Source: an uncultured Planctomycetota bacterium (lineage in GTDB: Bacteria > Planctomycetota > Planctomycetia > Pirellulales > Lacipirellulaceae). Taken from it: 64,000 nt of DNA. The number at the start of each line of letters is the position of its first letter. Position 1 is the first letter of the stretch. This document shows positions 52,003-63,146 of the stretch, in pieces. The DNA lies in NCBI GenBank assembly GCA_963719315.1, contig CAVRBU010000002.1, positions 32,001-96,000 of the forward strand. The letters are read 5' to 3'. The notes below the pieces were generated by a model. That model ran no database searches. It had not been told where the DNA came from and saw nothing but the letters and a program-made list of their open reading frames with translations. The position numbers and the translations under genes are program-made.

Positions 52003-52235
52003 CGGTTGATCCTTCGAAAGGAGCAGTTTCGGTAAACCGTGATTACTTGGCGGCTTCTGGCATCGCGTAATTTGCGGCGCAGCAACTGCCTGTGATCCCC
52101 CCTTGGATCAATAGCTGCTCTGGGTTATCGGCGGCCGCCGGAGGAGACTTTCGGAAAAGTCTACGGAATCGTTAAACTCGTATGCTGTCACTGCTTCCGC
52201 GGGCCGCGCGACCCGTCTTGCGATCATCAAACCCT

Positions 52236-52300
52236 ATTGCGGATTGCGGACTTCGGACTGCGGATTGAAAATGCCCAATCCGCAAACCGAAATCCGAAAT
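52236..52300. repeat. Heptamer-based inverted tandem repeat (ATTGCGG-like x4 facing CCGCAAA/CCGAAAT)
   Basis: ATTGCGG ATTGCGG ACTTCGG ACTGCGG ATT ... AATCCGCAAACCGAAATCCGAAAT. Confidence 0.7.
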
Positions 52301-52305
52301 GCTTT

Positions 52306-53961
52306 ATGTCCGCTAGCAACTTTACCGTCGCTACAAACGTCGTCGATATATTGGGCCGCCGCAGGTTCCCGGCGGAGGTCATTGTCGAAAATGGCCGGAT
52401 CGCTGCAATCAATGAATTGGACACCGGTGCGACGTTCACTACTTATCTGCTGCCGGGATTCATCGACGCGCACGTTCACATCGAAAGCTCGATGCTCGTG
52501 CCGAGCGAATTCGCGCGTGCAGCGGTAGTGCATGGCACGGTGGCCACGGTGAGCGACCCGCACGAGATCGGCAATGTGCTCGGCGTGGCGGGTGTGCGGT
52601 ACATGCTCGAAAACGCGTCGCATGTGCCGTTCAAGTTCTTCTTCGGCGCTCCTTCATGCGTGCCTGCGACCATGTTTGAGACGGCGGGAGCGGAAATTAC
52701 GGTGGCCGAGGTCGAAAAATTGCTCGACGACCCGCGGATTCTGTATCTCAGCGAGATGATGAACTTCCCCGGCATTCTTAACGGCGACGCAGGCTGCCTG
52801 GCGAAGGTGAAGGCGGCGCACGATCGCGGGAAGCCGGTCGATGGGCATGCCCCGGGGCTGCGCGGCGAGGAAGCGGCCCGCTACATTGCCGCCGGAATCA
52901 CGACCGATCACGAGTGCTTCACCAAGGACGAAGCGCTCGACAAAGTGAAGGCCGGCTGCAAGATCTCGATTCGCGAAGGCTCGGCCGCCCGAAACTTCGA
53001 CGCGCTCTACTCCCTGTTGAGCGAATTTCCTGGCCAGACGATGCTCTGCAGTGACGACAAGCACCCCGACGAGTTGCTGCTCGGGCACATCAACGGGCTA
53101 GTTCGTCGGGCGGTCGAGCGCGGGATTGATCTGTATGATGCGCTCCGCGCCGCCTGCATCACGCCCATTGAACATTATAACCTGCCGGTCGGGCAGCTTC
53201 GTGTCGGCGACCCGGCCGATTTCATCGAATTCGCGTCGCTCAAGGAATTCAACGTGTTGCGAACGTGGATAGATGGCCGACTTGTGGCAGATAGCGGCAA
53301 AACTACGATTCCGCGCACTGAGCCAAGGGTCGTCAACAGCTTCTCCGCCCGTAAGGTATCGGCGGAAGAAATTGAGGTCTCCGCGCCGGCCGACTCGACG
53401 CTCAAACTGCAAGTCATAGAAGCGCTCGACGGCCAATTGATCACCAACCGGCTCGAGTTCCCGGTCCAGATCATCAACGAGGCGGTTCACGCGCAGCTCG
53501 AGCTCGATATCCTCAAACTGGTCGTCGTAAATCGCTACTTCCCAGCGCCGCCCGCGATCGCGTTCATCAAGAATTTCGGCTTGAAGCGCGGGGCAATGGC
53601 GTCGAGCGTAGCTCACGATTCGCACAATGTGATCGCCGTCGGAGCGAACGACGACGATGTCGCGGCCGCGATCAACCTGGTCATGGAAACCGGCGGCGGC
53701 CTGTCGGCAGCCTGTATGCACGAGCAAGTTGCCGAAGTGCTGCCGCTGCCTGTAGCTGGCTTAATGGCCACCGGCACCTGCGAAGAAGTCGGCCACGCCT
53801 ACGGCAAGCTCGACAAACTCGCCAAAGCCTGGGGCTCGCCCCTGCGGGCGCCGTACATGACGCTGTCGTTCATGGCGCTGCTCGTCATTCCGGCCCTGAA
53901 GCTGAGCGACCGAGGGTTGTTCGACGGGGCAAAGTTTGAGTTCACGGGTTTGCTTCGATAA
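52306..53961 (+). CDS. ade: Adenine deaminase
   Basis: [52 protein letters not shown]. Confidence 0.95.
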   Translation: MSASNFTVATNVVDILGRRRFPAEVIVENGRIAAINELDTGATFTTYLLPGFIDAHVHIESSMLVPSEFARAAVVHGTVATVSDPHEIGNVLGVAGVRYMLENASHVPFKFFFGAPSCVPATMFETAGAEITVAEVEKLLDDPRILYLSEMMNFPGILNGDAGCLAKVKAAHDRGKPVDGHAPGLRGEEAARYIAAGITTDHECFTKDEALDKVKAGCKISIREGSAARNFDALYSLLSEFPGQTMLCSDDKHPDELLLGHINGLVRRAVERGIDLYDALRAACITPIEHYNLPVGQLRVGDPADFIEFASLKEFNVLRTWIDGRLVADSGKTTIPRTEPRVVNSFSARKVSAEEIEVSAPADSTLKLQVIEALDGQLITNRLEFPVQIINEAVHAQLELDILKLVVVNRYFPAPPAIAFIKNFGLKRGAMASSVAHDSHNVIAVGANDDDVAAAINLVMETGGGLSAACMHEQVAEVLPLPVAGLMATGTCEEVGHAYGKLDKLAKAWGSPLRAPYMTLSFMALLVIPALKLSDRGLFDGAKFEFTGLLR

Positions 53962-54008
53962 GATAGATTAGGTGAGGTAAACTGATTTCCTGCCGTCGAA
54001 ATCGCACA

Positions 54009-54279
54009 TCAGTTTTTTCTTCGCGCGTCGATGCGCCACACATCGTAGACTATCACCGTGCGAACATCGTCGAGCACTTCATATTGGATTCCAAGCGGAC
54101 GCTCGAAACCAATTCGTACCATATCGAAGCGTGACTCACCAAAACTCAACGGGTAAGTTGCGAGGTGTTGATCGATTTGTTGTGCCGCTTTGGCAAGTTG
54201 GGAACGCTCGGCAACATTTAAGAAGGATCTCTTCCAAGCGCTGCTCCGCGTGGGGAGCCCAAAAGACGCGGTAGCTCAT
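54009..54279 (-). pseudogene. RelE/ParE-like toxin with one extra base near 54218
   Basis: Rejoined translation MSYRVFWAPHAEQRLEEILL-NVAERSQLAKAAQQIDQHLATYPLSFGESR..PLGIQYEV..VIVYDVW. Confidence 0.55.
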
Positions 54280-54515
54280 TGAATGCCCAGTCGCGTCAGA
54301 ATCTCGCAAAGCGGTTTGCCCCTTTTGTCTTTGCGCAGTTCTTCGGTTTCAGCAATCGACAACGGCGGTTCTAGTTGCAGATCGGCAATTGGCGGACGAT
54401 CTCGAAGCGGCGAGAAGAATCCAAGCGCCCGGCCGTCCGAGTCACATAATATGGTTTGGCCTGCAAGTCGACCAAGCTGATCCCCCAACGTGGATTCAAC
54501 GGTAAGCTCATGCAT
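54276..54515 (-). CDS. Small antitoxin-like protein
   Basis: 79 aa; ATGA overlap with the toxin-like gene; ends GKPLCEILTRLG. Confidence 0.55.
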   Translation of the reverse strand: MHELTVESTLGDQLGRLAGQTILCDSDGRALGFFSPLRDRPPIADLQLEPPLSIAETEELRKDKRGKPLCEILTRLGIQ

Positions 54516-54782
54516 AGGACAATTGCCTTGGCAAAAAACGAAACGGAATAGAATCGATGGCTGCTTCAATTCTAGGAGGCTGTGCGTTTTTTTGCTATCG
54601 TAGACGCATGGTGAGGGATACCTGCGGAGTCGGGTGGAAGGCCCAAACGCCAGGTGACAACCCGCCCGGCCCGGCAGTATAATCCAATTGGCAATCCAGG
54701 CGGGAGCTTGGCTCCTCGCTTTTCTTTCGGCGCTATTCGGTTTTCGCCGGGGTCCCCGGCTACAGAACAGGAGTCTTGAATC

Positions 54783-56264
54783 ATGGCTACCATCACGCAA
54801 AAAAGAGAGACAGTCCGGCGTCCCCAAGTGCGGCAGACGCAGTGCTTCATTGGCGGCAAGTGGGTTCCTTCCGCCAGCGGCAAGACGTTTGAAACCATTC
54901 ACCCCGCCACCGAAGAAGTCATTTGCGAAGTGGCTGAGGGCGACAAGGAAGACGTCGATGCAGCAGTCGATGCGGCCCGCGAAGCCTTCGACAACGGCGA
55001 ATGGTCGAAGATGGACGCCCGCGACCGCGGCGCGCTGATGCACAAGTTGGCCGATCTCATCGAAGAGGAAGCCGATGAGCTCGCCGCTCTCGAAACGCTC
55101 GACAACGGCAAACCGATCAGCGACTCCCGCGCGGCCGATCTTCCGCTCGTGATCGATACGCTCCGCTACTACGCGGGTTGGGCCGACAAGATCGAAGGAC
55201 GCACGATTCCGGTCCGCGGCGAATTTTTCACGTACACGCGGCGCGAGCCGGTGGGCGTCGTCGGCCAGATCATTCCTTGGAACTTCCCGGCACTCATGGT
55301 CGCCTGGAAGTGGGGCCCGGCGCTCGCGGCGGGTTGCACGATCGTTATGAAGCCGGCAGAGCAAACGCCGCTCACTTGTTTGCGAATGGCGCGGCTGGCG
55401 CAAAAGGCCGGCATTCCGGACGGCGTCATCAACGTCGTGCCAGGCTACGGGCCGACCGCCGGCGCCGCGATCGTCAAGCACCCGGGCGTCGATAAGGTGG
55501 CGTTCACGGGCGAATTGGCCACGGCCAAGATCATTCAGCGCGAAGCGGCCGAGACGATGAAGCGGCTCACCTTCGAGCTGGGCGGCAAGAGTCCCAACGT
55601 GATCTTTGCCGACGCCGACCTCGAATCGGCCATCGAAGGTGCGCACTTCGGTCTGTACTTCAACCAAGGCCAGTGCTGCTGTGCAGGCAGCCGGCTGTTT
55701 GTTGAAGAGCGGGTTCACGATGAAGTGATCGATCGATTGAAGGAAAAAAACGTTGATCGCAAAGTGGGCGATCCGTTCGATCCGGAAACGCAACAGGGCC
55801 CTCAAGTCGACGAGGCCCAGTTCGACAAGGTTTTGCAATATGTCGATTACGGCAAGAAGGACGGCGCGAAAATGGTGTCGGGCGGCAAGCGCGTCGGCAA
55901 CAAGGGCTATTTTGTCGAGCCTACGCTGTTCGCCAATGTGACCGACGACATGCGGATCGCACGCGAAGAGATCTTCGGACCAGTGCTGAGCGTGCTGAAG
56001 TTCAAAAACGTGGACGAGATCGTCCGCCGTTCGAACGCGACGAACTTCGGCCTGGCTGCCGCCGTATGGACGCGCGACGTGGCCAAAGCCCATCGTTACG
56101 CGGCTGCCGTGCGGGCCGGCACGGTGTGGATCAATTGCTACGACGTTTTCGACGCCGCGGCGCCGTTCGGCGGGTTCAAGCAAAGCGGTTTGGGCCGCGA
56201 GCTCGGCGAGGCCGGATTGGCGAATTACACGGAGTTGAAGACCGTTACCGTCTCGATGACGTAA
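54783..56264 (+). CDS. NAD-dependent aldehyde dehydrogenase
   Basis: [47 protein letters not shown]. Confidence 0.96.
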   Translation: MATITQKRETVRRPQVRQTQCFIGGKWVPSASGKTFETIHPATEEVICEVAEGDKEDVDAAVDAAREAFDNGEWSKMDARDRGALMHKLADLIEEEADELAALETLDNGKPISDSRAADLPLVIDTLRYYAGWADKIEGRTIPVRGEFFTYTRREPVGVVGQIIPWNFPALMVAWKWGPALAAGCTIVMKPAEQTPLTCLRMARLAQKAGIPDGVINVVPGYGPTAGAAIVKHPGVDKVAFTGELATAKIIQREAAETMKRLTFELGGKSPNVIFADADLESAIEGAHFGLYFNQGQCCCAGSRLFVEERVHDEVIDRLKEKNVDRKVGDPFDPETQQGPQVDEAQFDKVLQYVDYGKKDGAKMVSGGKRVGNKGYFVEPTLFANVTDDMRIAREEIFGPVLSVLKFKNVDEIVRRSNATNFGLAAAVWTRDVAKAHRYAAAVRAGTVWINCYDVFDAAAPFGGFKQSGLGRELGEAGLANYTELKTVTVSMT

Positions 56265-56345
56265 CAGGCACAGCGAGCCGAGCAGCACTTCGGTGTCTGG
56301 CTCGGCTCGCTGGACCTATGTGCTTGAATCTTAGGGGTTGCAACG

Positions 56346-57024
56346 ATGTCATTCTGCTGGCGCTTTCTGACCATGTTGTTATTCCTGGGACTCGCAGCTA
56401 GCGTTGCCCGCGCAAGAGCGAGTCGCCGGCCCCGCGGCCGACACCAAGGACACGCCGCCGCCCGGCGTGGATAAGTTCTATTTCGACCTCAGCCATTCGC
56501 AGGACCGCGCTATCAAGAGCATGGCCGAGCGTTACATCAGCATGGTCAAAACTCAAGAATGGAGCGATCTATCGGGGAACTTCAAGACCATTGCCTGGTA
56601 CGTAAAGCACACTCCCGATCTTTCGACCGTAACCATAGAGATCGTCAAAGGTCGCGGCGCCGAGCGGAAGACGGAGCAAAAGACGGTTCCGGTGGATAAG
56701 TTGAGTAAGACCTGCCAATCGCGTGTCCGGCAAATAGACGCGATGCAAAAGACGCTGAAAGAGCGGGCAGCAGCGATGCCGGGGGAAAACGGCGCTCCGG
56801 CCGTTCCTGGGGCGGAGACGCCGGGATCGCCGATGGGAGACGAAGTGGGCGCACAACCAGGCGTTCCGACTGGCCCGGATGGTGGCACATTGGCGGCTGA
56901 AGCCGCACCGGACCCGAGCGCATCCGAGCACGATCCACTGGGCTTCGCCGAGTTAGCGGACGTGCAGGCACCGCCTGTTGGCAACGAAACTCCACCGGTC
57001 AATCCGGCGCTGAGACGCAAATGA
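56346..57024 (+). CDS. Secreted protein with SHD1-like motif; frameshift near 56411
   Basis: Signal peptide MSFCWRFLTMLLFLGLAASVARA is out of frame with QERVAG..EWSDLSGNFK..VPVDKLS. Confidence 0.6.
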
Positions 57025-57249
57025 GGGCACGTCCGTGGCTACGGCCTGCTAAGCCGCAAGCGTGTGGCATTGCTGCTATTGCTGGTGCGGACAAACGCTG
57101 CTGGCAGACATAGTTGCTACCTCTTTGCCAGAATTCTTGGCTATCCAGGCAAAGTTTGCCGATTATTCCGACTGTACGGATCGTAGCGGTTGCGCCACGC
57201 CGTGCGCGCTGCTTCTGAACCTACTGCAAAGCAACGATCATCGCCCCCA

Positions 57250-60200
57250 ATGACGATCGCGACGCTGAAATCCTGGTATCGGAAACGCCACCGACGCACG
57301 GCCGTCGCGTCGGTTTTTGCCTCCATGATTTCGTTGCTTGCCGCGAACGGCGCAAGTGCCCAGTCGCCCGGTTTCCCAGCCGCCGCGCCACAGGCCGCGG
57401 CCGCGACGGCCAGCGAATCCAAGGTCGAAGCCTACCCGCTCAACGCGGCGACGCGCGACGTGCTGACCCAATGGCAGCAAGTATCCGCGGGCCGGACCGA
57501 CATCCGCGTCGCGATCGACGAGCGGACCGCGCAAGCGCTAGTATTCGCTCCGCCGGCCGTGCAAGCACAAATTCAACAACAGCTTGCCGCGAAGATGCCG
57601 GCCGCCGCTCCGGCTATTGCCGCACCCACCCAGAACGTGGTTGCTCCGAATGTAGGACTCAATTTGCCCGGCAGCCCGGTGATGTTTCAGCTTCGCCAAC
57701 TTCCGGCTGCCGAGGTCCACGGGAAACTAGAAGGATTGCTTTCCCGTAGTCTGCCGGCCACGGTTGACGCATCCGGCGAATGGCAGACATTTCCGGTCGA
57801 GGCTTCGCCTGGGGTCGCGGTAACGATGAGCGTCAATATCCGCTCCGGCCAAATGCGGCTGGATGGCCCGCCCGCCCAGGTCGCCGCATGGCGAAGCGTC
57901 ATCGATGCGCTCGATAGCCCGCCAACCACACCCAATCGCGTGACGAAGCTCATCGCTACCAAACCCGCGAGCCACGATCGTGTTCGCAGAACGCTGCAAG
58001 TGCTGCAAGCCGATAGCGCCAATCGCTCGCCGGGTTCGGGTTCGATGGTTGCCGCGATGTTTCAACAACAGCCGAATGCGACCGGAACTGACGCATTCGC
58101 CCCGCCAGCTGCTGGGCAACCAGCCGCAGGACAATCCACCACGCAACCAGCCCCCGCCGCCGCCGCGCCGACGACCACGCAAGCCGCCCCCGGCAGCGCC
58201 GCCCAAACGGCAATGGACGCCGCCAAATTGGCCGAAGCCGCCGGCGGCTTGCTCGGACCGGTACAAGTCGAGTTCGTCGAAGGGCTCGATGTGATCGTCC
58301 TCCGCGGCAGCGATCGCGACGTGCAGCGCGTGATGGATATCATCAAACAGATCGAAGACCTGAGTGCCGTGACGGTGCCGGACATCCAGATTTACGAATT
58401 GAAGTACGTCGATAGCGTGCAGATGGGCGCGCTTCTGCAACGGCTGTACGAGCAGGTGCTCGGTCCGCGGATCGGCACGGTGAACATCACGCCGCTCGGC
58501 AAGCCGAACGCGCTGCTGCTGATCGGCCGGCCGGAAAACGTGAAGATGGCGATCGAGCTCGTTCAGCGGCTCGATCTGCCGGTGTTGCCGACAGCCCGGT
58601 TCGAAGTCTTCCCGCTCAAGCACGCGGCGGCAACCGAAGCGAAAACGCTGATCGACAGCTTTCTGGGCCAAGGCGCCAACCAAGGGGAAGGACAACCGGT
58701 AACGCAACCCACCACGGGCGGAGGCGGTGGTGGTGGCAACAACGCCAACACTCAGATGCCGACGCTCACCCCGCGAGCCCTCGTCGTGGCCGATCCGAGA
58801 ACGAATTCGCTCATCGTGAGCGCCAGTCCACGGGACATCGCCGAAATCGCGGCGTTGGTCTCGCGGATCGATACGCCAGGCGCTTCCGCCGAATTGAAGG
58901 TTTTCACGATCGTCAATGGCGATGCCACGGCCCTTCGCGACATGCTTAGCTCGCTGTTCTCCGTTCCCGCGGAAAGCGGAGGTGGCGGAGGTGGCGGTGG
59001 TAATGCAAATGCTCCCAGCGGTGGCGCGCTCGGCCAAGGCGGACCGGTGCGGATGCAGTTCTCGGTCGATACGCGGACCAACAGCATCATTGCCGTCGGC
59101 AGCCGCGAGGACCTCGCCGTCGTCGAAGCGATCTTGCTTCGACTCGACGAAGGCGATCTGCGCGAACGCAAAACGACCATCTACCGCTTGAACAATGCGT
59201 TCGCACAGAACGTCGCCACAGCGCTCAACGAGTGGCTGCAAACCGAACGACAAAATGTCGATCAGTCGGAGATCACGGTCAGTCCGTTCGAGCAGATCGA
59301 GCGGGAAGTGATCATCGTCCCCGAACTCGCCACCAACAGCTTGATCGTGAGCGCCACGCCGCGATTCTACAGCGAAGTGATCAAGGTCGTCCAAGACCTC
59401 GACGAGCGGCCGCCGATGGTCCTTATCCAGGTGCTCATTGCGCAAGTGCAACTCAACGACACCGACCAATTCGGCGTCGAATTGGGTCTGCAAGATTCCG
59501 TGCTCTTCGACCGCTCGCTGCTGTCGGACGTGCAACAACTTACGACGACGACGAATACCCAGAGTGCGGGCGGCGCCACCGTATCAACGACGAATCAGAA
59601 CGTCATTAACGCGAATGGCCAGCCAGGCTTTAACTTCAATAACCCAACGGCGTCGCTGGGGAATAACATTGCCTCGAATCTCAATCCCAATGCAGTTTCA
59701 ACGGCCGGCCGGGTCGGCGCACAAGGTCTGTCAAATTTTGCGGTTAACCGGCTTGACCCGAGCCTCGGATTCAGCGGCTTCGTATTCTCAGCATCGAGCG
59801 ACGCGGTGAGCGTTCTACTGCGGGCACTGCAGGAAAAGCGGCGGTTGGAGGTGCTCAGTCGGCCGCAACTCATGGCGTTGGATGGGCAACAAGGTTCGGT
59901 GCAAGTTGGGCAAGACGTGCCGACTGTGACCGGGGTCAACCAAACCACATTCGGCCAGACCAACACGATCGCTTATCGTTCGGTAGGTCTCATTTTGCAG
60001 GTGGTGCCGCGGATCAGCCCCGATGGTTTGGTAGTGATGCAAATCCTGGCGAACAAGTCGCAAGTCTCGAACGATCCCGGCATCCCGATTTCCATCAGCA
60101 CGGGCGGCCAGGTCGTGACGGCTCCCAGAATTGACGTTTCTCAAGCACTCACGACGATCAGCGCCGTGAGCGGCCAAACGGTGGTGCTCGGCGGCCTGAT

Positions 60201-60747
60201 TGAAACGACCAAAAGCGACGTCCACCGCCGCGTGCCGATCATCGCCGATATTCCGTTGCTCGGCGACTTGTTTCGCTACGACAGCGTTGCTGAAGAACGA
60301 CGCGAACTGCTGATCATCCTCACGCCGCAAATCGTTTACACGAAAATGGATTCGGATCTCGTCAAGCAAATAGAGTCCTCGCGTATGAGTTGGATTCTCG
60401 GCGATGTGGTCAACCTACACGGCGAGGCCGGGCTGCGAAGCCGCTGCGACGAATGGTACGACGGCGAGATGGAATCGATTTATCCGAACTTCGTGCCGGA
60501 AGAAGGCTTCCTGCCGCTGTCCTCACCCCGCGCGACTCAGGGATGCGAACCTGGTTCCTATGCGCCGGGAACAGGTGTTGTGGTGCCCGGGTCGGGTACC
60601 CCAATGATCGAAGGGGAACCGCTGCCGACGCCAACATCCGGTGCGCCGCCGCCAACGAACGACCGCTATGGCGTCGTCGATCCCTCAGTCAACGTACAAC
60701 CGGCCACGTATCAACCGCCGATTGCGCCCACCGCGACCAGTCACTAG
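57250..60747 (+). CDS. Secretin (GspD-like) with multiple N3-type domains
   Basis: Repeated D.RTNSLIV motifs, MVLIQVLIA, LSRPQLMALDG, VGLILQVVPRI, TVVLGGLI, IPLLGDLF, ELLIILTP. Confidence 0.92.
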   Translation: MTIATLKSWYRKRHRRTAVASVFASMISLLAANGASAQSPGFPAAAPQAAAATASESKVEAYPLNAATRDVLTQWQQVSAGRTDIRVAIDERTAQALVFAPPAVQAQIQQQLAAKMPAAAPAIAAPTQNVVAPNVGLNLPGSPVMFQLRQLPAAEVHGKLEGLLSRSLPATVDASGEWQTFPVEASPGVAVTMSVNIRSGQMRLDGPPAQVAAWRSVIDALDSPPTTPNRVTKLIATKPASHDRVRRTLQVLQADSANRSPGSGSMVAAMFQQQPNATGTDAFAPPAAGQPAAGQSTTQPAPAAAAPTTTQAAPGSAAQTAMDAAKLAEAAGGLLGPVQVEFVEGLDVIVLRGSDRDVQRVMDIIKQIEDLSAVTVPDIQIYELKYVDSVQMGALLQRLYEQVLGPRIGTVNITPLGKPNALLLIGRPENVKMAIELVQRLDLPVLPTARFEVFPLKHAAATEAKTLIDSFLGQGANQGEGQPVTQPTTGGGGGGGNNANTQMPTLTPRALVVADPRTNSLIVSASPRDIAEIAALVSRIDTPGASAELKVFTIVNGDATALRDMLSSLFSVPAESGGGGGGGGNANAPSGGALGQGGPVRMQFSVDTRTNSIIAVGSREDLAVVEAILLRLDEGDLRERKTTIYRLNNAFAQNVATALNEWLQTERQNVDQSEITVSPFEQIEREVIIVPELATNSLIVSATPRFYSEVIKVVQDLDERPPMVLIQVLIAQVQLNDTDQFGVELGLQDSVLFDRSLLSDVQQLTTTTNTQSAGGATVSTTNQNVINANGQPGFNFNNPTASLGNNIASNLNPNAVSTAGRVGAQGLSNFAVNRLDPSLGFSGFVFSASSDAVSVLLRALQEKRRLEVLSRPQLMALDGQQGSVQVGQDVPTVTGVNQTTFGQTNTIAYRSVGLILQVVPRISPDGLVVMQILANKSQVSNDPGIPISISTGGQVVTAPRIDVSQALTTISAVSGQTVVLGGLIETTKSDVHRRVPIIADIPLLGDLFRYDSVAEERRELLIILTPQIVYTKMDSDLVKQIESSRMSWILGDVVNLHGEAGLRSRCDEWYDGEMESIYPNFVPEEGFLPLSSPRATQGCEPGSYAPGTGVVVPGSGTPMIEGEPLPTPTSGAPPPTNDRYGVVDPSVNVQPATYQPPIAPTATSH

Positions 60748-60840
60748 TTGAAACCGAAGGGGCACACAAGAAAAACAATACGGTTAACTCTGTTCCTTTG
60801 CGATTTGCGTGAGACTTGTCACAGTTGAATTGAATGAAAA

Positions 60841-62155
60841 ATGAACGCATCTTCCACTACATTTAGTGCCGTCGCGTGCGCGGTTCTGGCCGCTTTGTTT
60901 GTGGGCAATGCAGGCTGCACGAACATTTCGTCGTGGAAGCCATCGAAGATGTTCAGCCTGGATAGCACCTGGCCATTCCGCGACAAAGACAAGCCCAAAG
61001 AGGGCACACCGGAGCGGATGGTATGCACCTGGGCCGATACAGTGTTGACTCAGGCCGGGCAAAAGCCGCAGCGCGGCTTCGGCGGCCGGATCATGTTCTA
61101 CGAAAAGGACGAGAAGAATCCGATCCTGGTAGATGGGCAGCTTGTGGTCTATGCCTTCGATGAAGCGGGCCGTGATCCCACGGATAACAAGCCGACCCGC
61201 CGATACGTATTTCCGGCCGAGCAAATGCCGATCCATATGAGCAAATCGGAGCTGGGCGCATCGTATAGCTTTTGGTTGCCGTGGGACGAAGCGGGCGGTC
61301 CAAGGACCGACGTCAGCCTGATTTGCCGCTTCGAGCCCAAAGGTGGCTCGGTGGTCACCAGCGAACAAACGAAACACCGTCTGCCCGGTTCGGCGCCGGC
61401 GCTCGCCACGGGCGGAGCAAAAAAACCGCCGGCGATACCGGAAGGCGTTCCAACGAAACCCGCCATCGAGACTTTGCAAAGCCTGCAAGCCAAACGTACC
61501 CAGGAACATAGCGCACAATTGGCCAACTATGAGATCGCAGCGCCCGCCGATCCACGGGCGTTTCCAATCAATGCGACACAAGATGCTTACTCGATGCCAA
61601 CGCGGCGCATGACGGCGACCACGATCAACCTGCCCAATAACTTTCAGATGCCAAACGCCGCCGCGATGATGAATGCGGCTCCAATGCCTTCCGTTGCTCA
61701 GCCGGCTGCCCAAATCGAGCAACCAATACAGAACCAGCCATTACCTCAACAGACTTCAGCAGCGAACGTATCCATCCCGGCGACCATGCAAGCGGCCGTC
61801 GCCCAGCAACTGGCGATCAATCGCTCGCAGCCGCCCACTCCGCTGAATTCGAACCTGTCGCCGTCCGCGTCGAACGTGCAAAGCACGATCATGCCGGGCC
61901 CCCCTTCTCTGCCGCAGTCGCCATCCGTCTATGGCGCAGACCCAGCCAGCCCAGACGCCGATGATGCAGGAGTACGCGCGGCAGATGGCCATGCAACAGC
62001 AGTTGCTTCAACAGCAGCAGCAGATGCAACAAGCAACGCAGCAACAGCGAGCGGCTTCTGGGCAGTTGCCGATGCCGCAATCGGCCGTGCAAGGTCCGAT
62101 GCCGGCAAACACCGCCACGCTCAACTACCCGGCTGCGGGGCAATACTTTCGCTAG
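60841..62155 (+). CDS. Probable lipoprotein with Pro/Gln-rich tail; frameshift near 61925
   Basis: Lipobox-like NAGC, RGFGGRIMFY..DGQLVVYAFD..SYSFWLPWD; Gln-rich tail in another frame ending at 62155. Confidence 0.65.
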
Positions 62156-62897
62156 GCTCGCCGGCGACCGTCATCTCATTGCGGACGGCTCGCACACCCT
62201 GCTCGAGCGACACCAGCTGACCGATGACGAGCCGCTCGCTGTCGCTGGCCGCTACGCCCGTGATCACGGCGGTGTCGCCTTGCATCGTGAGCAACGGTTG
62301 CGTCATGTGATGATCGGCCATGATCTTCGCCAACCGCGTGCGAATCGTATTTCCCAGAGCCTCGGACGATGACTGGGGCGCATTGAACGCCACACGAACT
62401 TCCATCCGCATCGGCTGCGGCGGATTCGACGCGGTTGTCGTCGTTTTGCGATTCTTGCGATTGTTGCGACTCATCTGGCGGTTCATGTTGTTGAAGAATT
62501 GAGTCTGGGCACGGTTCGATTGCTGGAACGTGTTCTGCATGTCTGTCGCATCGCGACCGACGAAGTTTTGGCCGCCGCCGTATTGACCGCCTCCGAAGCC
62601 GGAGTTGCCGAAGCCGCCTTGCCCAAACGAGGAATTCCCGAAGCCGCTGTTTCCGCCAAACCCGCCGCTGCCAAATCCGCCGCCCATCCCGCCACTGCCA
62701 AAACCACCCGAGCCGAAGCCACTGCTGCCCATCCCACCTCCACCGAAGCCCGAGCTACCGAAGCCGCTGGAGCCAAACCCAGAACCACCTGAGCCAAGGA
62801 TTCCCATCCCGCCGCCCCGGCCTTGGGCATGGGTTACCTCGCTTGCGGCTAAAACAATCGCGACCACGGCGGAAATCGAAATAACGCGGGTAAACAT
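62121..62897 (-). CDS. Secreted Gly-rich protein with C-terminal BON domain
   Basis: Signal peptide, GFG repeats, GDTAVITG..LEQGVRAVRNEM. Confidence 0.8.
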   Translation of the reverse strand: MFTRVISISAVVAIVLAASEVTHAQGRGGGMGILGSGGSGFGSSGFGSSGFGGGGMGSSGFGSGGFGSGGMGGGFGSGGFGGNSGFGNSSFGQGGFGNSGFGGGQYGGGQNFVGRDATDMQNTFQQSNRAQTQFFNNMNRQMSRNNRKNRKTTTTASNPPQPMRMEVRVAFNAPQSSSEALGNTIRTRLAKIMADHHMTQPLLTMQGDTAVITGVAASDSERLVIGQLVSLEQGVRAVRNEMTVAGEPSESIAPQPGS

Positions 62898-63146
62898 CGC
62901 AGAATCCTCCGGTGAACGGCCGCAATCATTATATCTATCAGCACGATCTGGGTATAATGCGAACCAAGTTTTCGCCACCGGCGGCGAATTCCACGTTAGA
63001 ACTTCACGATTGATCGGCAAAAACCGGCAACGGAGGATTTTCCGGCTGCCACCGATCGTGGCGATGGGCGAGCCGCCTGTCGACGTTTTTTCGCATATCG
63101 TGTCAGGCGGGCCGCCTGTCACTACGTCTGCCTCAGGAGCCATGCC

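Noticed and set aside
54516..56288. 670-aa minus-strand ORF
   Set aside because: Antisense shadow of the aldehyde dehydrogenase; only its last 79 codons look like a real gene.
57727..59538. 603-aa minus-strand ORF (similarly 50105-51415 + and 19227-20171 +)
   Set aside because: Antisense to well-supported genes in GC-rich DNA, with no motifs.
62580..62820. Short tandem repeats resembling a CRISPR array
   Set aside because: They encode Gly-Phe-Gly repeats in a CDS; there is no repeat-spacer structure or cas gene in the window.
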